Part shown: one piece after another, positions 1 through 14,220 of the stretch
Numbering within the stretch: the first letter of the stretch is position 1
Layout: every line of letters starts with the position of its first letter
Source: Lama guanicoe
Lineage: Eukaryota
Length of the DNA: 64,000 nt
Direction of reading: 5' to 3'
NCBI GenBank assembly: GCA_013239625.1
Contig: MU053645.1
Span: forward strand, 1 to 64,000
Made by a program: the position numbers and the translations under genes
The notes under the pieces: generated by a model
Databases searched by the model: none
Seen by the model: the letters and a program-made list of their open reading frames with translations, nothing else
Told to the model about the DNA's origin: nothing

Positions 1-309
1 CCTACTTGGTATAGGGCTTGGCACAGAGTTTAAGTGCAAATTGATGTCTGGGATGAATCACAAAATGAACACATTCCATGCTCACTGCTGCAGCTGCATG
101 GCTCATCTTTTAATTCTTCAAATATGCCATGTTCTCTTTTTTCCAGCGGACTTTTGTCCATTTTCATTCCCCTAACTAGATCTTATCCACCACTCTGGCT
201 CCCACTGCCCTTCTAAGCCCTAATCATTCTTTATGACCCGACTTAGATATTTTTCCAAAGAAGTCTCTTCTCCCTTAAGACTGAGTTACATGTTTCTTTT
301 TCTTTTCTC

Positions 310-600
310 CTTTTTTAAACTAAAGTGAAAATAAAATAACATAAAATTTATGGTTTTAATCACTTTAAAATGTACAAATCAATGCTTTTAGTATATTCAC
401 GATGTTGTGCAATCCTCACCTCTAGCTTCAGAACATTTTCATCACCTCAGAAAGAAACCCTATACCCAATAAGCAGTCATACCCCATTCCCTCCTATCCC
501 CAAACCCTAGCAGCTGCTCATGTCCTTTCTGCCAGTACAGATTTGCCTCATCTGGATATTTCATATAAACGGAATCATGTAATATGTGTATTTTGTAATT
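310..600 (-). mobile_element. LINE-1 3' UTR fragment (L1MA/MB-like)
   Basis: Typical antisense L1 3' end text (tagtatattcacgatgttgtgcaatc...cagaacattttcatcacc...catataaacggaatcat). Confidence 0.75.
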
Positions 601-869
601 TTTGTTTGTGGTAGTTGTCTTTTTTCATTATGAATTTTCTTCTCATTCTCAAAAAGTATTCACTTCATGCATGATTTTGTATAACAATAGAAGAGAGTCT
701 TCCATACTGTATGAGTTTCTTGACTATCAGAACCTGTTTTGGACTCTCCCTGAAGGAGACCAAGATAATGCCTGACCACAGCGACGTACACAAAGATTGT
801 ACACCATGACCAAAAGAGTTTTATCTCAGAAATATAAAATTGCTTTAACATGTAAAACACAGCACAATG

Positions 870-2280
870 CTTCATATTAATAGAATAACAGACAAAACCT
901 CATGATCACCTTAAGAGATGTTTACTAAACCTTTAACATAATTTGACCCCCTTCCATGATAAAAACTCTCAACAAACAAAGATTACAAGATATCTCTTTT
1001 AACTTAATGGAGGGCAGCTTTGAAAAACCCACAGTTAACATCATACTTAAGGTGTAATATTTAATTCTTCAAAAGGCAACCCAGAATTGGAGAAAATATT
1101 TGCAAATCATATATATGATAAGGTACCATTATCAAGAATATATAAATAACTGTTACAAATAAACAATAAAAAGACAGTCCAAATTAAAATGGGCATATAA
1201 TTTGAATAGACATTTTTCCAAAGAAAACATAAAAGTAGTCTATGAGCACATGAAAAGATGCTCAAAACTGTTAATCATTTAGATAATATAAATCACAACC
1301 ACAATGAGATATCACTTCAGACACACTGGCGACTAAAAAAAAGATGTATGATAAAAAGTAGTGGTGAAGACATGGAATAATTGAAACGTTCATACATGGC
1401 ATTTAGAATGTACACTGGTGTGGTGCTTTACAGAACACTTTTGTAGTTCCTCAAAATGGTGCACACAGATCTAACATAAGACACAGCAAATCCAATCCTA
1501 GATATATGTCCAAGAAAAATAAAAACATTTGGCCACAAAAGATTTGCATATGAATGTTCCTAATAGCATCATAGGGATTCCCCACTTTTTTGTGATTTTT
1601 ACCTCCAGAAGCCTAACCAGATTCTCACAATAGATACGTCATAGTAGAAACTTTTCATCCTTCCAGCAGGAGAGGGGAAAAGGAATCATTTTGAAATATG
1701 CCAGAGCACTCTGTTCTTCTTAACAATGTTTGCCCTCAGGATAAACTATTTAACCAGAGCCCAACCTAACCATATAAAATTGTGTATAAAGTTCTGGGCT
1801 CGTGAACAAATTGCACATGCTTGGATCCAAAGCTAAAAACAATATTCAGTGATTAAGGAACTGATCGAACAAGTAAACCACTGTCCAGATCCCATATTCT
1901 TCATTGGGTGGCACATATATGGGCCAGATACAAATAGCACTGCAGAGGCTTTGAAATGTGAACTGAGACTGCAACTACAGCCAACAAAATTAGGATAAGA
2001 ATTTGTGGCCTGAACCTAAAACAAAACAAAACTAAACTAAACAAAAAACAAAATAAGTTCTCCATAGTATTTAAGCCAGATACAATGTCTAACAATGTAA
2101 TACTAAAATGTCCAGGATATACTTAAAATTAATTGATATATGAAGAACCAGGAAAATGTCAAAAAGTCCCAAGGGAAAACTCAAACAACAGAGGCAAATG
2201 CCAAGATGATGCAAGAATTGGAATCAGCAGAAAAATATAGTAAAACAGTTATTAGAAACATACCACCTGAAGTAACGGTT
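870..2280 (+). mobile_element. Old LINE-1 fragments (ORF2 pieces, then a 5' region)
   Basis: Decayed ORF2 motifs (gagaaaatatttgcaaatcatatat, acaatgagatatcacttca) followed by L1M-type 5' sequence. Confidence 0.7.
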
Positions 2281-2339
2281 GTTGGTTACAAACTAAAATA
2301 GAAATAAAATACCATTCTCTGATCTCTCAGTCTTTCTCT

Positions 2340-2532
2340 CCACACACACAAACAGAGTCATGCATATAAATAAATACAAACATGTGGATATAAATACATG
2401 TAAACACACACATACACACACACACATATATAAAGAGATAAAGTTAAACACACATATATATGTATATACACACAGATGTATATATATAGATATACACGCA
2501 CAACACACGTAACACACACACACACACACACG
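2340..2532. repeat. Compound (CA)n/(TA)n microsatellite
   Basis: Visible dinucleotide runs. Confidence 0.9.
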
Positions 2533-2924
2533 TTAGAGATGTGTCAAAACCAAAACGTGAGTATGCATTTCAGTGTGGCATTGAAATCATCAGTCAAATT
2601 CAGCCACAGTATATGTGTGCAGTCTTTCTGAGTACCCAGAAAGTTCCACCAAACTTAATAGAGACAAATAGAGAGGACATATACAAGTGTTGTCATGATT
2701 TTTAAAATCAGTTTTGCTGTGTTCCCCCCCTCCCAGAATGAGATTGTTCAATATAGGCCATTCTATAATTTGCCTTTATCATACAACTTGATATCATTTC
2801 ACACCCTTTCTCTACAAAGGGATGTAAATGAATACTTACACTCTCTTCAATCTTATTTTCTTAACATCTGCATTAGCATTCTACTGTTCAGAACCCATAG
2901 TTTGTATGAATGAAAAACTTTCAA

Positions 2925-5019
2925 GTTTTATGAAGGCTTATTTTATGGCCTAATATAAGGTCTATACTGGAGAATATTCCATGTCCATTGGAGAAGAATG
3001 TATATTCTGCTGTTGAGTAGAGTGTCCTATAGGTATCTGTTAGATCTCACTGGATTATAGGGTTGTTCAGGTCTTCTAGTTTCCAGATGATCTTCTGCCT
3101 AGCTGTTCTATTCATTTGTGGAAGTGGGTTGTTGAAATCTCCAACTATCATTGTTGAATTGTGTATTTCTCCCTTAAACTGTGTCAGTTTTTATTTCATG
3201 TATTTAGGGTACTCTTTTGTTAGGTGCACTTGTATTTATAATCGTTATATCTTTTCTATGAATTGGCCTTTTAATCATTACTAATGATTATAAATTTTTC
3301 AATCCTTTTACTTTTAACCTATTTTGAATCTAAAGGGCATCCTCTGTGTACAGCACATCATTTAATTATGGCTTTTTAAATGTACTCTACAAATATTTAA
3401 CTTTTCATTGGAAGATTTAGTCCATTTATATTAAATGTAACTAATGATAAGGTAGGACTTATTTTTACCATTTGGCTATTTCTTTTCCTTATGTTTTATG
3501 TCTTTTGTCTATTCATTTATTATTCCTTTTTTGGTAAACAGGTATTTTTATTATATAATTTAATTGCTTTATAGTCAATATTACTATATTTTTTATTTAC
3601 TTTCTTAGTGGTTGCCTTAGGGATCATAACATTTTAGCTTAAAACAATCTAAGATGGAGTAATGCCAACTTAATTTCAAGAGTAAACAAAAGCTCTGTAA
3701 CTATAGCATTTTCTCCTTTCTTAAGGCCATTATTATACAAATTATATCTTTACATGTTATAAGTTCATCAATGCAGTTTCATAATTTCATAATTATTTTT
3801 CCTATGTGTCCCTTAAATCATATGAGAAAAGAAAAGAGAAACAAACAAAAATCTTCATATGCCCTGTCTTTATATTTACCTGTCTAGTTACATTTGTTGG
3901 TGTCTTTTATCTCTTTATGTAAATTAGAGTTACTCTTTAACATGTTTTCATTTCAGCCGGAAAGCTTTCCTTTAATATTGTTTGTGGGACAGATCTGTTA
4001 GTGACAGAATTTCTAAGTTTTTGTTTATCCATGAAAGTCTTAATTCTTCTTTAATTTTGAAGGATAGTTTTTCTATATATAGAATTCTTCACTGACAGCC
4101 TTTTTCTTTCAATACATGGAATACATCATCACACTGCCTCTGGGTGTTCCTGGTTGTTGATGAGAAGTAAGTCTCTCTTACATGTGATGAGTTGCTTTTC
4201 TCTTGTTGCTTTCAAGATTTTCCCTTTGTCTTGGGCTTTGATAGTTTGATTATATGATGCCTAGCTCTGTCTTTCTATGAGCGCATCTTACTTGGATGCT
4301 ATTGGTTTATATTGATTGTTTTTTCCTACTTTCATGAGCATAATTTCTTGGTTCCTTGCATGCTTTATAGTTTTGTTGTTTTGATTTTTTTTTCCTTAAG
4401 TTAGACTTTTAAAATTATACATTGTGGCAACTTCAGAAAGCAGATTATGCCTCCTTCCCCAGATTGTTGTTGTTTGTTCCTATTCTTGCTTTTGTTTGAT
4501 TATAGAGTCACTTTGCCAAAATAATTTATTAAAGCCTGGATATTTTGTCATCTGTGGCCACTGAATTCTTTTCTCTAACAGCTTTATAATCAGTTAATGT
4601 TTGAAAAGATATTTTTGTCAAATACTTTGAACCTATAAATCTTCCAGCCTTAATGAAGGTGCTTTGTTGTGTATGTTTTGGGATGCTTTCAATGCTCAGG
4701 TAGGCAGTTTACAACTCTGCCTAAACTTTCAGTTTCTGCTTGTGCAGAGCCTCGCTGTCAGCTAGAGGTGAGAACTAGGTCTTCTCAGGTATTTTCTGAG
4801 TATGCACACAGTTTTACACATGCCCGTGGCCTTCTGGATCTCAGTTATACATTGGAACATTTCAGAGTATACTATGGACATTTCCTTTCCCAGGTTTTCA
4901 CTTAAGTTTTTGAGTAGCTTCTTGTTAGCTCTAAATAGTAGCACCACATCTGGAACCTAAAGTATTAAACAATTACTGCTGAATGTTTTTTTCAAATGCC
5001 CTTAGGATAAACCAGTCCT

Positions 5020-5059
<40 letters not shown>

Positions 5060-5074
5060 AAGAGAAAAAGAAAA

Positions 5075-5119
<45 letters not shown>

Positions 5120-5600
5120 AACAAACAAACAAACAAACAAACAAACAAAGGAAAGTAAAGAAAAACCAGATTTTAAGTGAGAACAAATGAAGTCATGTCT
5201 GAGAATGGAGGTTTTCAGGGAGCTTCCAGACAGGTCAAATATTCACAGTTCTCTGAGGATGAGGTTGTTGGGGAGCTGCAAATCTTTTCTGCCTCTCCTC
5301 TGGCTGCCAGGCTGCAGGTTTTGCAGGCAACATAATTGCAGAACTGTTGGTGTTCAATACCACCATAGATCTAGGGTAAAGCAATTCAAATTGGGCCAAA
5401 TTAAAATGCTACAAAACTTATTGTTCATAGAAGAATGCAGTCAGTTTTGGAATAAATACTCTTTGGATGATTGAAAGTCTTTCATTAATTTCCAGAGTTC
5501 TGGGAAGCTGATTTTGACACATTTTTTTCAGTGTTCTCATTGTGTTTATGAAGGAACAGAGTTTCAGAGGTCTTTACTCCACCATACCAGAACTAATTCT
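2925..5600 (-). mobile_element. Old LINE-1 (ORF2 start, ORF1 and 5' region), antisense
   Basis: Antisense L1 text (gagaagaatgtatattctgctgttg, tttgaaggatagtttttctatatatagaattct). Confidence 0.7.
5022..5150. repeat. (CA)n-(GAAA)n-(CAAA)n compound microsatellite
   Basis: Visible tandem runs. Confidence 0.95.
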
Positions 5601-6269
5601 CTAACTCACTTCTTAATTTCACTAAGTGCTTCTTTTACTTGTAGAATTTCCATTTGGATTTGCTTATTCCCAGGTAGTTCTACCCTACTTTTGTTTATAA
5701 ATTCCCAAAGTGTGTTTTCATGTGCTTAAGTGTTTATGATGACGAGTTAATTTCTTTATTTTTAATTTTTTCCATTTTTATTATGTAGAACTATTACAGT
5801 TTGACTGCACATACACATTATATTATTGCATGTAAATACATACAAACAGTATACTGCACATTTTTTTAGTTTTCATATATGTACTAATTATTGTTTCTAA
5901 GAACAGATTAGATCTTTAGCTTTTTAAACTTACATAGTTATCAAAGGAATAAAGCCAACTACAAAATAAGAAGCAACAGAATGCGGTAATCCAGTCATAA
6001 AAGACAGTCGAATGTGCTTACTCATATTCAAGAAATCAAAATAATAATTATTTCATTTGTGTCCTTGTTATTAATGTTATTATTTTTTAGGTTTCATTAG
6101 AGAAAAATATCCTTCTAAGTTCCTTTGAAAGCTATTTATCATGAATTCTACTATTTCTTGTATAGATTTTGCTATATTTGTTTTGTTGTTACTCACATGT
6201 ACTTTCTATATTTTCTTTCTCTTTAGAGGCTTTTAAAAGGCAGTATTTAGTTGCATATCTAAATCATAA

Positions 6270-8215
6270 AAATATTCTAGAAAACTAACCGGAAAATGGC
6301 AAAAGGATTCCTGTACGAACAAGGTTGTAAGAGATACAGGCATAACTGGGTAGAAAGGGAAGAGAAATGATCAGGTAAAGGGAGATTACATGGGCAGACA
6401 CCTGCCGTGGGAAGATAGTGACTTGAGCCAAAGATTGGATACCCTAGTCCTGGGTCCTACACAAAGAAGATAATCCTCCTTGACTGGTTGGAAGATTGCT
6501 GGGAAAGATACAAAGGCTGTAGGAAGCCTGGACTCTGCTGGTGAAGAGCACATGTGCATTGGCTTGCCCCCAGACCGGGTGGAGAGGTCTGCCCTAGCTC
6601 CTGCCCATTGTCCTGTGATCTCTTTACCACAAGCTCCAGCCCAAGCCAAGCAAACACTGCTCACTCCACATCACAGTGCTGCTGAAGCACAGCCTCTGTA
6701 CCCCACTTACTGAATTGAGACTTGAGGACAGAGTTTTGGATGAAGTAGAAAAGGCAGATTTATTTCTTTGCCAGGCAAAGGAGGTCACAGTGGGACTAAT
6801 GCCTCTAGGATTGTGAGCCTGCTTTTGAGAGAAGGCAGGGGGTTTTATAGTAAAAAGTTCAAGAGTTTGAGGAGTGGAGCTAATTTCCATAGAGATCGCA
6901 TACAGGGTAGCAAACTGTTGCAAAGTTGTTCTTGTTTCTATAGATGCAGCAATCCCCTTCCCTATGAAGTTCACCTCTGGTTTTGGGACTCTCTTAATAT
7001 TATTATTATTTTTTAATTTTGAGGGGGAGATAGTTCAGTTTACTTGTTTATTTAGTTTTGGAGGAGGTACTGGGGTTGAACCCAGGACCTTGTGTATGCT
7101 AAGCATGTGCTCTACCACTTGAGCTGTACCCCTCTCCCCTTAATATTCCTGTACTTAGAACAAAGGATGCATAGGAAGGGGGCCCATGGAAAAGAGCTCT
7201 AGAAAAAAACTTGTGCAGTTTAAAGTCAGGTTGACAAATGCTTTTATCCTTTTAAGCAGGCTGAGGCCTGGGACATCCTGTTCCAGGCTGAAGCCTGCAG
7301 CTCAAAAAACAAGATACATGGAAACCACAAGTGGATCAAAAACAACTGCAGACATGTGCATTTGGGGTGAGTTATGAACAACAAGGTACACAAAACACCC
7401 AACTGCTGTTTCTGAGATGTTGGGGTCAAGAGGAGGGCACTGGGGTCAAAAGCAGGGCGAGGTGGGGGGAGGCAGGAGCAGGGCACTGAGCATCATGCCT
7501 TCAAGCAGCACCACAAGGGGGTTGGGCAGACCACCCAAGCCTCCCTCCTCTCTAGCCTAATCCTGGTCAGCAAGAGAATGAGAAAAATCCTTTAAGCCAC
7601 CATAAAATTAAGCAGTTACAAACACCATTGCAGATATCAGATGGTCACCGATGATGACAATAGGGCCCTTCTTCGTTGCAACAGTATGGCACTGGGTCTG
7701 GGGTGGCCATGACTGGGGATAAGACTCAACCATGGGATGCAGAGGTGACCCAGTCCCAAGGTGGAGCCTAAGTGGGACAGTAGAGGCCACTGTTAGAGCT
7801 TACCCAAGCAGTGCCTCAGAAGCAGTGCAGATCACTGACAGCAGTCACTCTGCCACAGCTCGCCCGTTGATACATGCCGACAGCCCACACAGGCACTGCC
7901 TGCCCTGACCAGTGGTTTCACAGCGTGGGGTGAGGAGGGGACAGAGGCTGGGAGTGGTGATCGGTTGACTTGAATCCAAGGCTGTGTCAGACCAGAGTCA
8001 TGGGCACCTGCACAGGCAATGCACTAGACTTCTGTCTGCAAAGGCTGCACTTGCTTGAGCACTCCCCCGCTCTGGGGCAAGGGTTCTGGTGCAGCGAGAG
8101 GAAAAACACGTACTTAAAGAGAGCAAAATTAGTTCGACTTGACCCTCAAGGCTTCTGCTCCAGCAATTTAGGATCAGATTCCACCCACAATAGGGAAGTG
8201 ATGGCTACTGGGTAT
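6270..8215 (+). mobile_element. LINE-1 5' UTR-like region interrupted by ERV1-like LTR sequence (~6708-7565) and a SINE
   Basis: GC-richer L1 5' UTR-like text (cctcaaggcttctgctccagcaatttaggatcag). The LTR-like block lies in the middle, and internal boundaries are approximate. Confidence 0.45.
7002..7138 (-). mobile_element. tRNA-derived camelid SINE (vic-1-like)
   Basis: Antisense tRNA-like head with A/B boxes and an AT-rich tail. TSD CTTAATATT at 6993-7001 and 7139-7147. Confidence 0.9.
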
Positions 8216-9446
8216 AACTCTTAGAAGAGAACATAGGCAGAACACTCCTTGACATAAATCACAGTAGTATTTTTTGGGATCTGTCTCTTAAAGTAATGGA
8301 AATGAAAGCAAAAATAAACAAATGGGACCTAAGTAAACTTAAAACCTTTTGCACAGCAAAGGAAACCATAAACAAAATTAAAGGCAACCTACAGACTGGG
8401 AGAAAATAGTTGCAAATGATGTGACTGACAAGGGCTTGATTTAAAAAATACACAAACAGCTCAATATCAAAACAAAAACAAAAACAAAAACAAACAACCC
8501 AATCAAAAAATGGGCAGAAGACTTAAATAGACACTTCTCCAAAGAAGACATACAGATGGCCAACAGGCATGGGAAAAGAGTCTCAATATTGCTAATCATT
8601 AGAGAAATGCAAATCAAAACTGCAGTGAGGTATCACTTCACACATGTCAAAATAGCCATCATCAAAATGTCTACAAATAAATGGTGGAGAGGGTGAGGAG
8701 AAAAGGAAGCCTTTGTACATTGTTGGTGGGAATGTAAATTGGTGCAGCCACTGTGGAAAACAGTACGGAAGTTCCTTTAAAAACTAAAAATAGAAGTACC
8801 ATATGTTCTAAGAATTCCACTCCTGCGTATGTATCTGGAAAAAATGAAAACACGAATTCAAAAAGACACATGCACCCCAATGTTCATAGCAGCACTTTTT
8901 ACAACAGGCAAGACTTGGAAACAATGTAAATGTCCATCAACAGATGACTGGATAAAGAAGTTGTGGTATCTTTATACAATAGAATATTACTCAGCCATAA
9001 AAAAGAATAAAATAATGCCATTTGCAGCAACATGGGTGGATCTGGAGATCATCATTCTAAGTGGAGTAAACCAGAAAGAAAAAGAAAAATGCCATATGAT
9101 ATCACTTATGTCTAGAATTTAAAAAAAAGACACAAATGAGCTTATTTACAAAACAGAAACAGACTCACAGGCATAGAAAAAAAACTTATGGTTACCAAGG
9201 GGGAGTGGGAGTGGGAAGGGATAAATTGAGAGTTTGAGATTTGCAGATACTAACTACTATACACAAAATAGATAACAAGTTTTTACTGTACAGCACAGGG
9301 AACTATATCCATTATCTTGTAGTAACCTATAATGAAAAAGAATATGAAAAGGAATATATTTATGTATATGTATGACTGAAACATTATGCTGTACACCAGA
9401 AACTGACACAATATTGTAAATCAGCTATACTTCAATAAAAAAAAAT
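8215..9446 (+). mobile_element. LINE-1 3' part (ORF2 C-terminus, 3' UTR, poly-A)
   Basis: ORF 8829-9122 is the L1 ORF2 C-terminus ([11 protein letters not shown]...KCPSTDDWIKKLWY). AATAAA and an A-tail follow at 9434-9446. Confidence 0.95.
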
Positions 9447-9449
9447 ACA

Positions 9450-9828
9450 AAAAGAGAAGATATGGTATACACTTTAGGGGGCATCCCCTGCCCCAAGCCC
9501 ACTGTGACCAAGGCAAATGGACCAGGGGAAAATGCTGACCCTTGCTGGGCCAACCACATTCTCCTTCCCTTGGAAATACAAACAAGGGACCCTAGTCCAT
9601 CTCTAGTGAAACTAGACATGTAAACTCAGAGCTGTGGAACAGCCATTCTTCTCCACTTGTATCAAGAGAGAAGCGTAGCAGGGACTTCCGAAAGAAGCAA
9701 CATGAGGGACTACTTGTCGCCAGAAAGTAAGCTGACTTCATGATGAACGCATGGGTCGGAGCTGTACTCCTGGCACCTGGATTCCAGAAGATAATCTGTC
9801 GCCTCCTAATAAAGTCTCCATTTTTACT
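9450..9828 (+). mobile_element. MaLR (MLT1-like) LTR fragment
   Basis: MLT1-like text (gggccaaccacattctccttcccttggaa, cagccattcttctcc, aataaagtctccatttt). Confidence 0.45.
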
Positions 9829-9829
9829 A

Positions 9830-10298
9830 AACAAAGATGTGATATCACACACACACACAATGGAATATTACTCAGCCATAAATAAGAATGAAATACTGCC
9901 TTTTGCAGCAATGTTGATGGACCTAGATAATATGCTTAGTGAAATGACAAAGACAAATATTGTGTATCACTTATATGTGGAATTTAAAAAAATAATACAA
10001 ATGAATGTATATGCAAAACAGAAACAGACTCACAAATATTAAAAACAAACCTGTGGCTACCAAAGGGGAGAGGAAAGAGGGGAGTGACAAACTAGGGGTA
10101 TGGTATTAACAGAGACAAACTAGTATATATAAAATAGATAAGCAACAAGGATATACTGTATAGGACAGGGAATTATACCTATTATCTTGTAATAACCTAT
10201 AATGGAGTATAATCCAAAAAATACTGAATCACTGTGATGCTGTACACCTAAAACTAACACAATATTGTAAATCAACTATACTGCAATAAAAAATAAAG
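9830..10298 (+). mobile_element. LINE-1 3' UTR
   Basis: atggaatattactcagccataaa...tgtaaatcaactatactgcaataaaaaa. Confidence 0.9.
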
Positions 10299-10437
10299 AA
10301 AAAATAGAGTGAATCAATTATTAAATGTTTTTGCCTCTAAAAAATAAAAAATACTACAAATACTTACCTAGATCAACCAAGGGAAGAACTGAGAGTTAAA
10401 TTAAAAATATGAGGAATGTAAGAGGTGACATCACAAT

Positions 10438-10827
10438 TGTTAAAAATAAGACAATAGGCCCCACATAGAATCACTTATGCTAAGTCTCAGGTCACCAGAC
10501 TGAGATTTAACTTAATTACAGTTTCAGCTCTCCCGGAAATGTAATCTTAAACCAGTCAGTCAGGAATCACTTAATCAGAACTACTTAAGTAATCTTGCTA
10601 GACCTGTGCCATCCCCTAAAAAAAGTGACCTTGCCACAACCCTTCCACTTTTTGCTAGTACAACCTCCCTATTCCGGCTCCCTTCTGCCTATAAAAATCT
10701 TTCACTTTGTACAGCTCCTCAGAGCTCCTTTCTATCTGCTAGACTGGATGATGCCACATTCATAAAATCACTGAATAAAGCCAATAAGATCTTTAAAATT
10801 TACTCAGTTGAATATTGTTTTTTAATA
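10438..10827 (+). mobile_element. ERV1 solo LTR (MER34-like)
   Basis: TG start, TATA-like cctataaaa, AATAAA near the 3' end. It interrupts L1 ORF2. Confidence 0.75.
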
Positions 10828-11342
10828 CTACCAGTGCTACTAAATTAAAAAGAATTATAAGAGAGTACTATAAAAAAGTCTGTGCCAACAAATTAGATAA
10901 TCTATATGAAATGTGATTACCGAAAAGACACAAAACAACAGAATTGACTAAAAAAATGAATAGAAAACCTGAATAGACTTGTAACAAGGGATTGACTTAC
11001 TAATCAAAAAAAAAAAAACACTCACAAGGAAAAGCGCAGGATCAGATGAATTCACTGGTCTACTCTATATTTCAGGAAGACAATATCAATCTTTTAAAAA
11101 CTCTTCCAAAAACTAGATAAGGAAGAAACACTTCCTAACATTTACTGTGAGGCCAGGATTATCCTGACACTAAAGACAAAGCTTATCACAAGAATCAAAA
11201 TTCCCTACAAATACAGACACAAAAATTATCAACAAAATATTAGCAATATGAATCCAGCAACATATACAAATGATTATTTACTGTGACTATGGGGAATTTA
11301 TCCCAGGAGTGAAACGCAAATTTAAACTTGAAAATGAGGCAA

Positions 11343-11870
11343 TGTACTTGCTGGGAAAGGCAATTGGACACAGTCTGTTGAGGCCTGATCTGCTGCATAA
11401 GAATGGGTCTTGGGCATGGAACATTTCCTCGCTGGGAGATAAGGGGCCCTCACCGCCTGTGCTAGGCTCATCACCTCGTGAGGAAATATTTTCCCCTGTT
11501 CTGGGCTTGATATACACCCCTTTGTTCTGCTTATGCACTGTCAGTGGCCCTCAGGGCCCAGCTTTCTGTATTTCAGCCCTTACAATGGAACGTTTCCTTC
11601 CACTACAGCACAAAATGAGGTGCATACAGTCATAGTGCCCACGCTGGCTGCAGAATGGCCCCACTGGCCATGAGGACTGACATACTGCAAGGAACCAGAT
11701 CTTGTGCACAATCTCTCTCTCCTCTTGCTGTAAGTGCTATACGGCTTGAGCCTGTTCTGAGTGACCTTGAATCATGCACGGGTTTCTTTCCTAGGTGACA
11801 CTTATCTACCTTTTAACCTTGGCCACACTCATGTAATATTCTATTCTGCAACAATAGTCTGACACCCAGT
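11343..11870 (+). mobile_element. Solo LTR (MER70-like, ERVL class)
   Basis: GC-richer block interrupting L1, with gcataagaatgggtcttgggcatggaacatttcct. Confidence 0.55.
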
Positions 11871-12959
11871 GACAAATAAAATGGTAACACACCACATTCA
11901 TAGAGTAAAGGATAAAAAATGCTTGATGATCTCAACAGATACAGAAAAGATTTTTTGACAGAACATTTTTTTGTAACAAACACACTCAACAAACTAGGAA
12001 TAAAAGCGAACTTCTTCATCTGTTAAAGGCTTCAATAAAACCCCCACAGCTATTGTCATACTCAAAGGTGAAAGACGGAAAGCTTTCCCCCTAAGTTCAG
12101 GAACAGACAATGATGTCTGCTCTTAGCACTGCAACTCAGCATTGTACTGGGGAGTCTAGCTAGGACAATAAGGCACGTAACAGAAAAGAAAAGGCATTGT
12201 AAACCAGAAAAGGAGGAGTAAAATTATTTCTGTTTGCTGAAGGCACAATCTTATATATAGCATTTCCCAAAGAATCCACACAAAAAAATTATGAGCTAAT
12301 AAATCAGTTCAGTAAGGTTTCAGGATACAAGATCAACATGTAAAAATCAATTGTGTTTCTTTACATTAGCAATGAACAATACAATAATGAAATTAAGAGA
12401 TAAATTCTAAGTGCAGTAACATAATATACTTAGGAATAAGGTAACAATGCAATGTCTATCGGTTGATGGATGGATAAATAAAATATCCATATTTGTGTAG
12501 TGGAGTATTATCCAGCCATGGAAAGAAGGTAGTACTGGTAAACGAAATGCTACAATATGTATGAACTTAGAAAAGATGCTAAGTGAAAGGCACTAATCAC
12601 AAAATACCATGTATTGTGAGTTTCAGTTTACATGAAATATCCTGAAAAAGCAAATCCATGGAGACAGAAGACATATTAGTGGTTGCCTGGGTCTGGGTCT
12701 GGGGTTGGGTGAAGGAATTGCCTCGAATGGGAACAGAAGATTTTTTTGAGATATCAGAAATGTTCTAAAACTGAATAGAATGTATAGATTATGGTGGTGG
12801 TTGCATAACTGTGTAACTTTAAGACAAAAATCATTGAATTGTACATTTAAAACAAGTTAATAGTATGTTATATTAATTATACTTCAATGAATATGTTAAA
12901 ATGATTTCTTTACTAGTGGCGTTTTTATGCTGTTTTGGGTGAAGGAGTCTGTAAGAGTC

Positions 12960-14220
12960 AATTGGAGATCTTAGTGGAAGGAAAATTTCACTTTTCCATT
13001 TTACCCAGACTCTCTTTCCTTATTAGAGTCATGTCAGTGTTCACATCCTAACATATTCTGTTCTATGTCATTCATTCATTCAGTTTTAGAATTGTGAGCC
13101 AAGTGTGAGCCACTTAGCTGTGGTGCAAGACTATGATTTTGATGGTAAATTTGAGGTACTATGAAAAGAATGTGTTAATCTTGTGCACCACGTCATCTGA
13201 AGCTATTGAGCATTTGCACTGGATCTGGGGACATACGAAATTTGAGACTCATTTCAGCACAAGCACCTGTTATTTCATGTTCTAAGGTGATCCTGAACAG
13301 AGGTTGAAACAGGTCTTGTTTGTCTAATGGGAAAGCTAGAATGATTAATTATCTTTTTTGTCTACTTTAACCCACTCTACCAAAATATTTTGTTCACTCT
13401 AATGGTTATTGTTTGAGAATTGCTTTCCAGCCTCTATTATTTATTCATTCATTTTACTGATGCTGGGGATGGATTTGTATGTTTCAGTTTCCACAGAAAG
13501 TTAATGTCAAGCTGATTGTTATACTAATAGTCTTCTTTAATGACAACTGGGAAAGGTTATTTAATAACTGGATGTAGAAACAGTTTTGGGGGATAATTAC
13601 AGGCAGAAAAGGTGACATACCTACATCCATAATAGCCTTATTAGAGGTGTCTATCATCACTGTGACTGTGTATATGTATGTCTGTGTATTTGTATGTGTT
13701 TGGGAAGGTGATATATTTTATTGAAGAAGCTATGTCTGAGACTTCTGTTACTTGGGATAAATTGTTAGCTCCTCATGAGTAGAGCTGGATGTAGCTGAGT
13801 CACCAGTTATTCATTCATCTGCCTTGATTCTGTGTCCTAAAATAGCCTGACAACTGTGCAGGGTTTGATACTTTCAATGGATTCCATTGGACACAGAATA
13901 AAATTCAAAAGACCAGAAAGAAGGCTAAAGTTTTCCATTCTTTTAAGAAACCTGATGTTAATTTTATGCATTTATAAATTTAATAATATTTAAAATTTTA
14001 AGATTATATATTAAAAATTCCCCTACAAGATGGATACTACTTTCTAGAAAAAAAACCCTAAAACTTTAATGAAGTCCTAAAAGCTCTCTAAATTGTCTTA
14101 TATATTGAATATACAATTATCAAAAAAATTTTATAGCGATACAAGGAAATTCTTATAATCATATAGTGTTGATAAGGTGCCAGAGTAGCCACAATACTTT
14201 TATTACACAGGAACCTTATG
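12960..14220 (+). repeat. Inverted duplication, outer left arm (module copy A)
   Basis: Colinear reverse-complement homology to 43860-45140, for example ttcatgttctaaggtgatcctgaacaga vs tctgtttaggatcaccttagaatatgaa, and aaaatagcctgaca vs tgtcaggctatttt. Confidence 0.9.

Larger units (their letters stand above)
10330..12900 (+). mobile_element. Old LINE-1 ORF2 and 3' UTR split by two solo LTRs
   Basis: ORF2-like text resumes on both sides of each LTR (atcaacaaaatattagcaa, aaagctttccccctaag). Confidence 0.8.
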
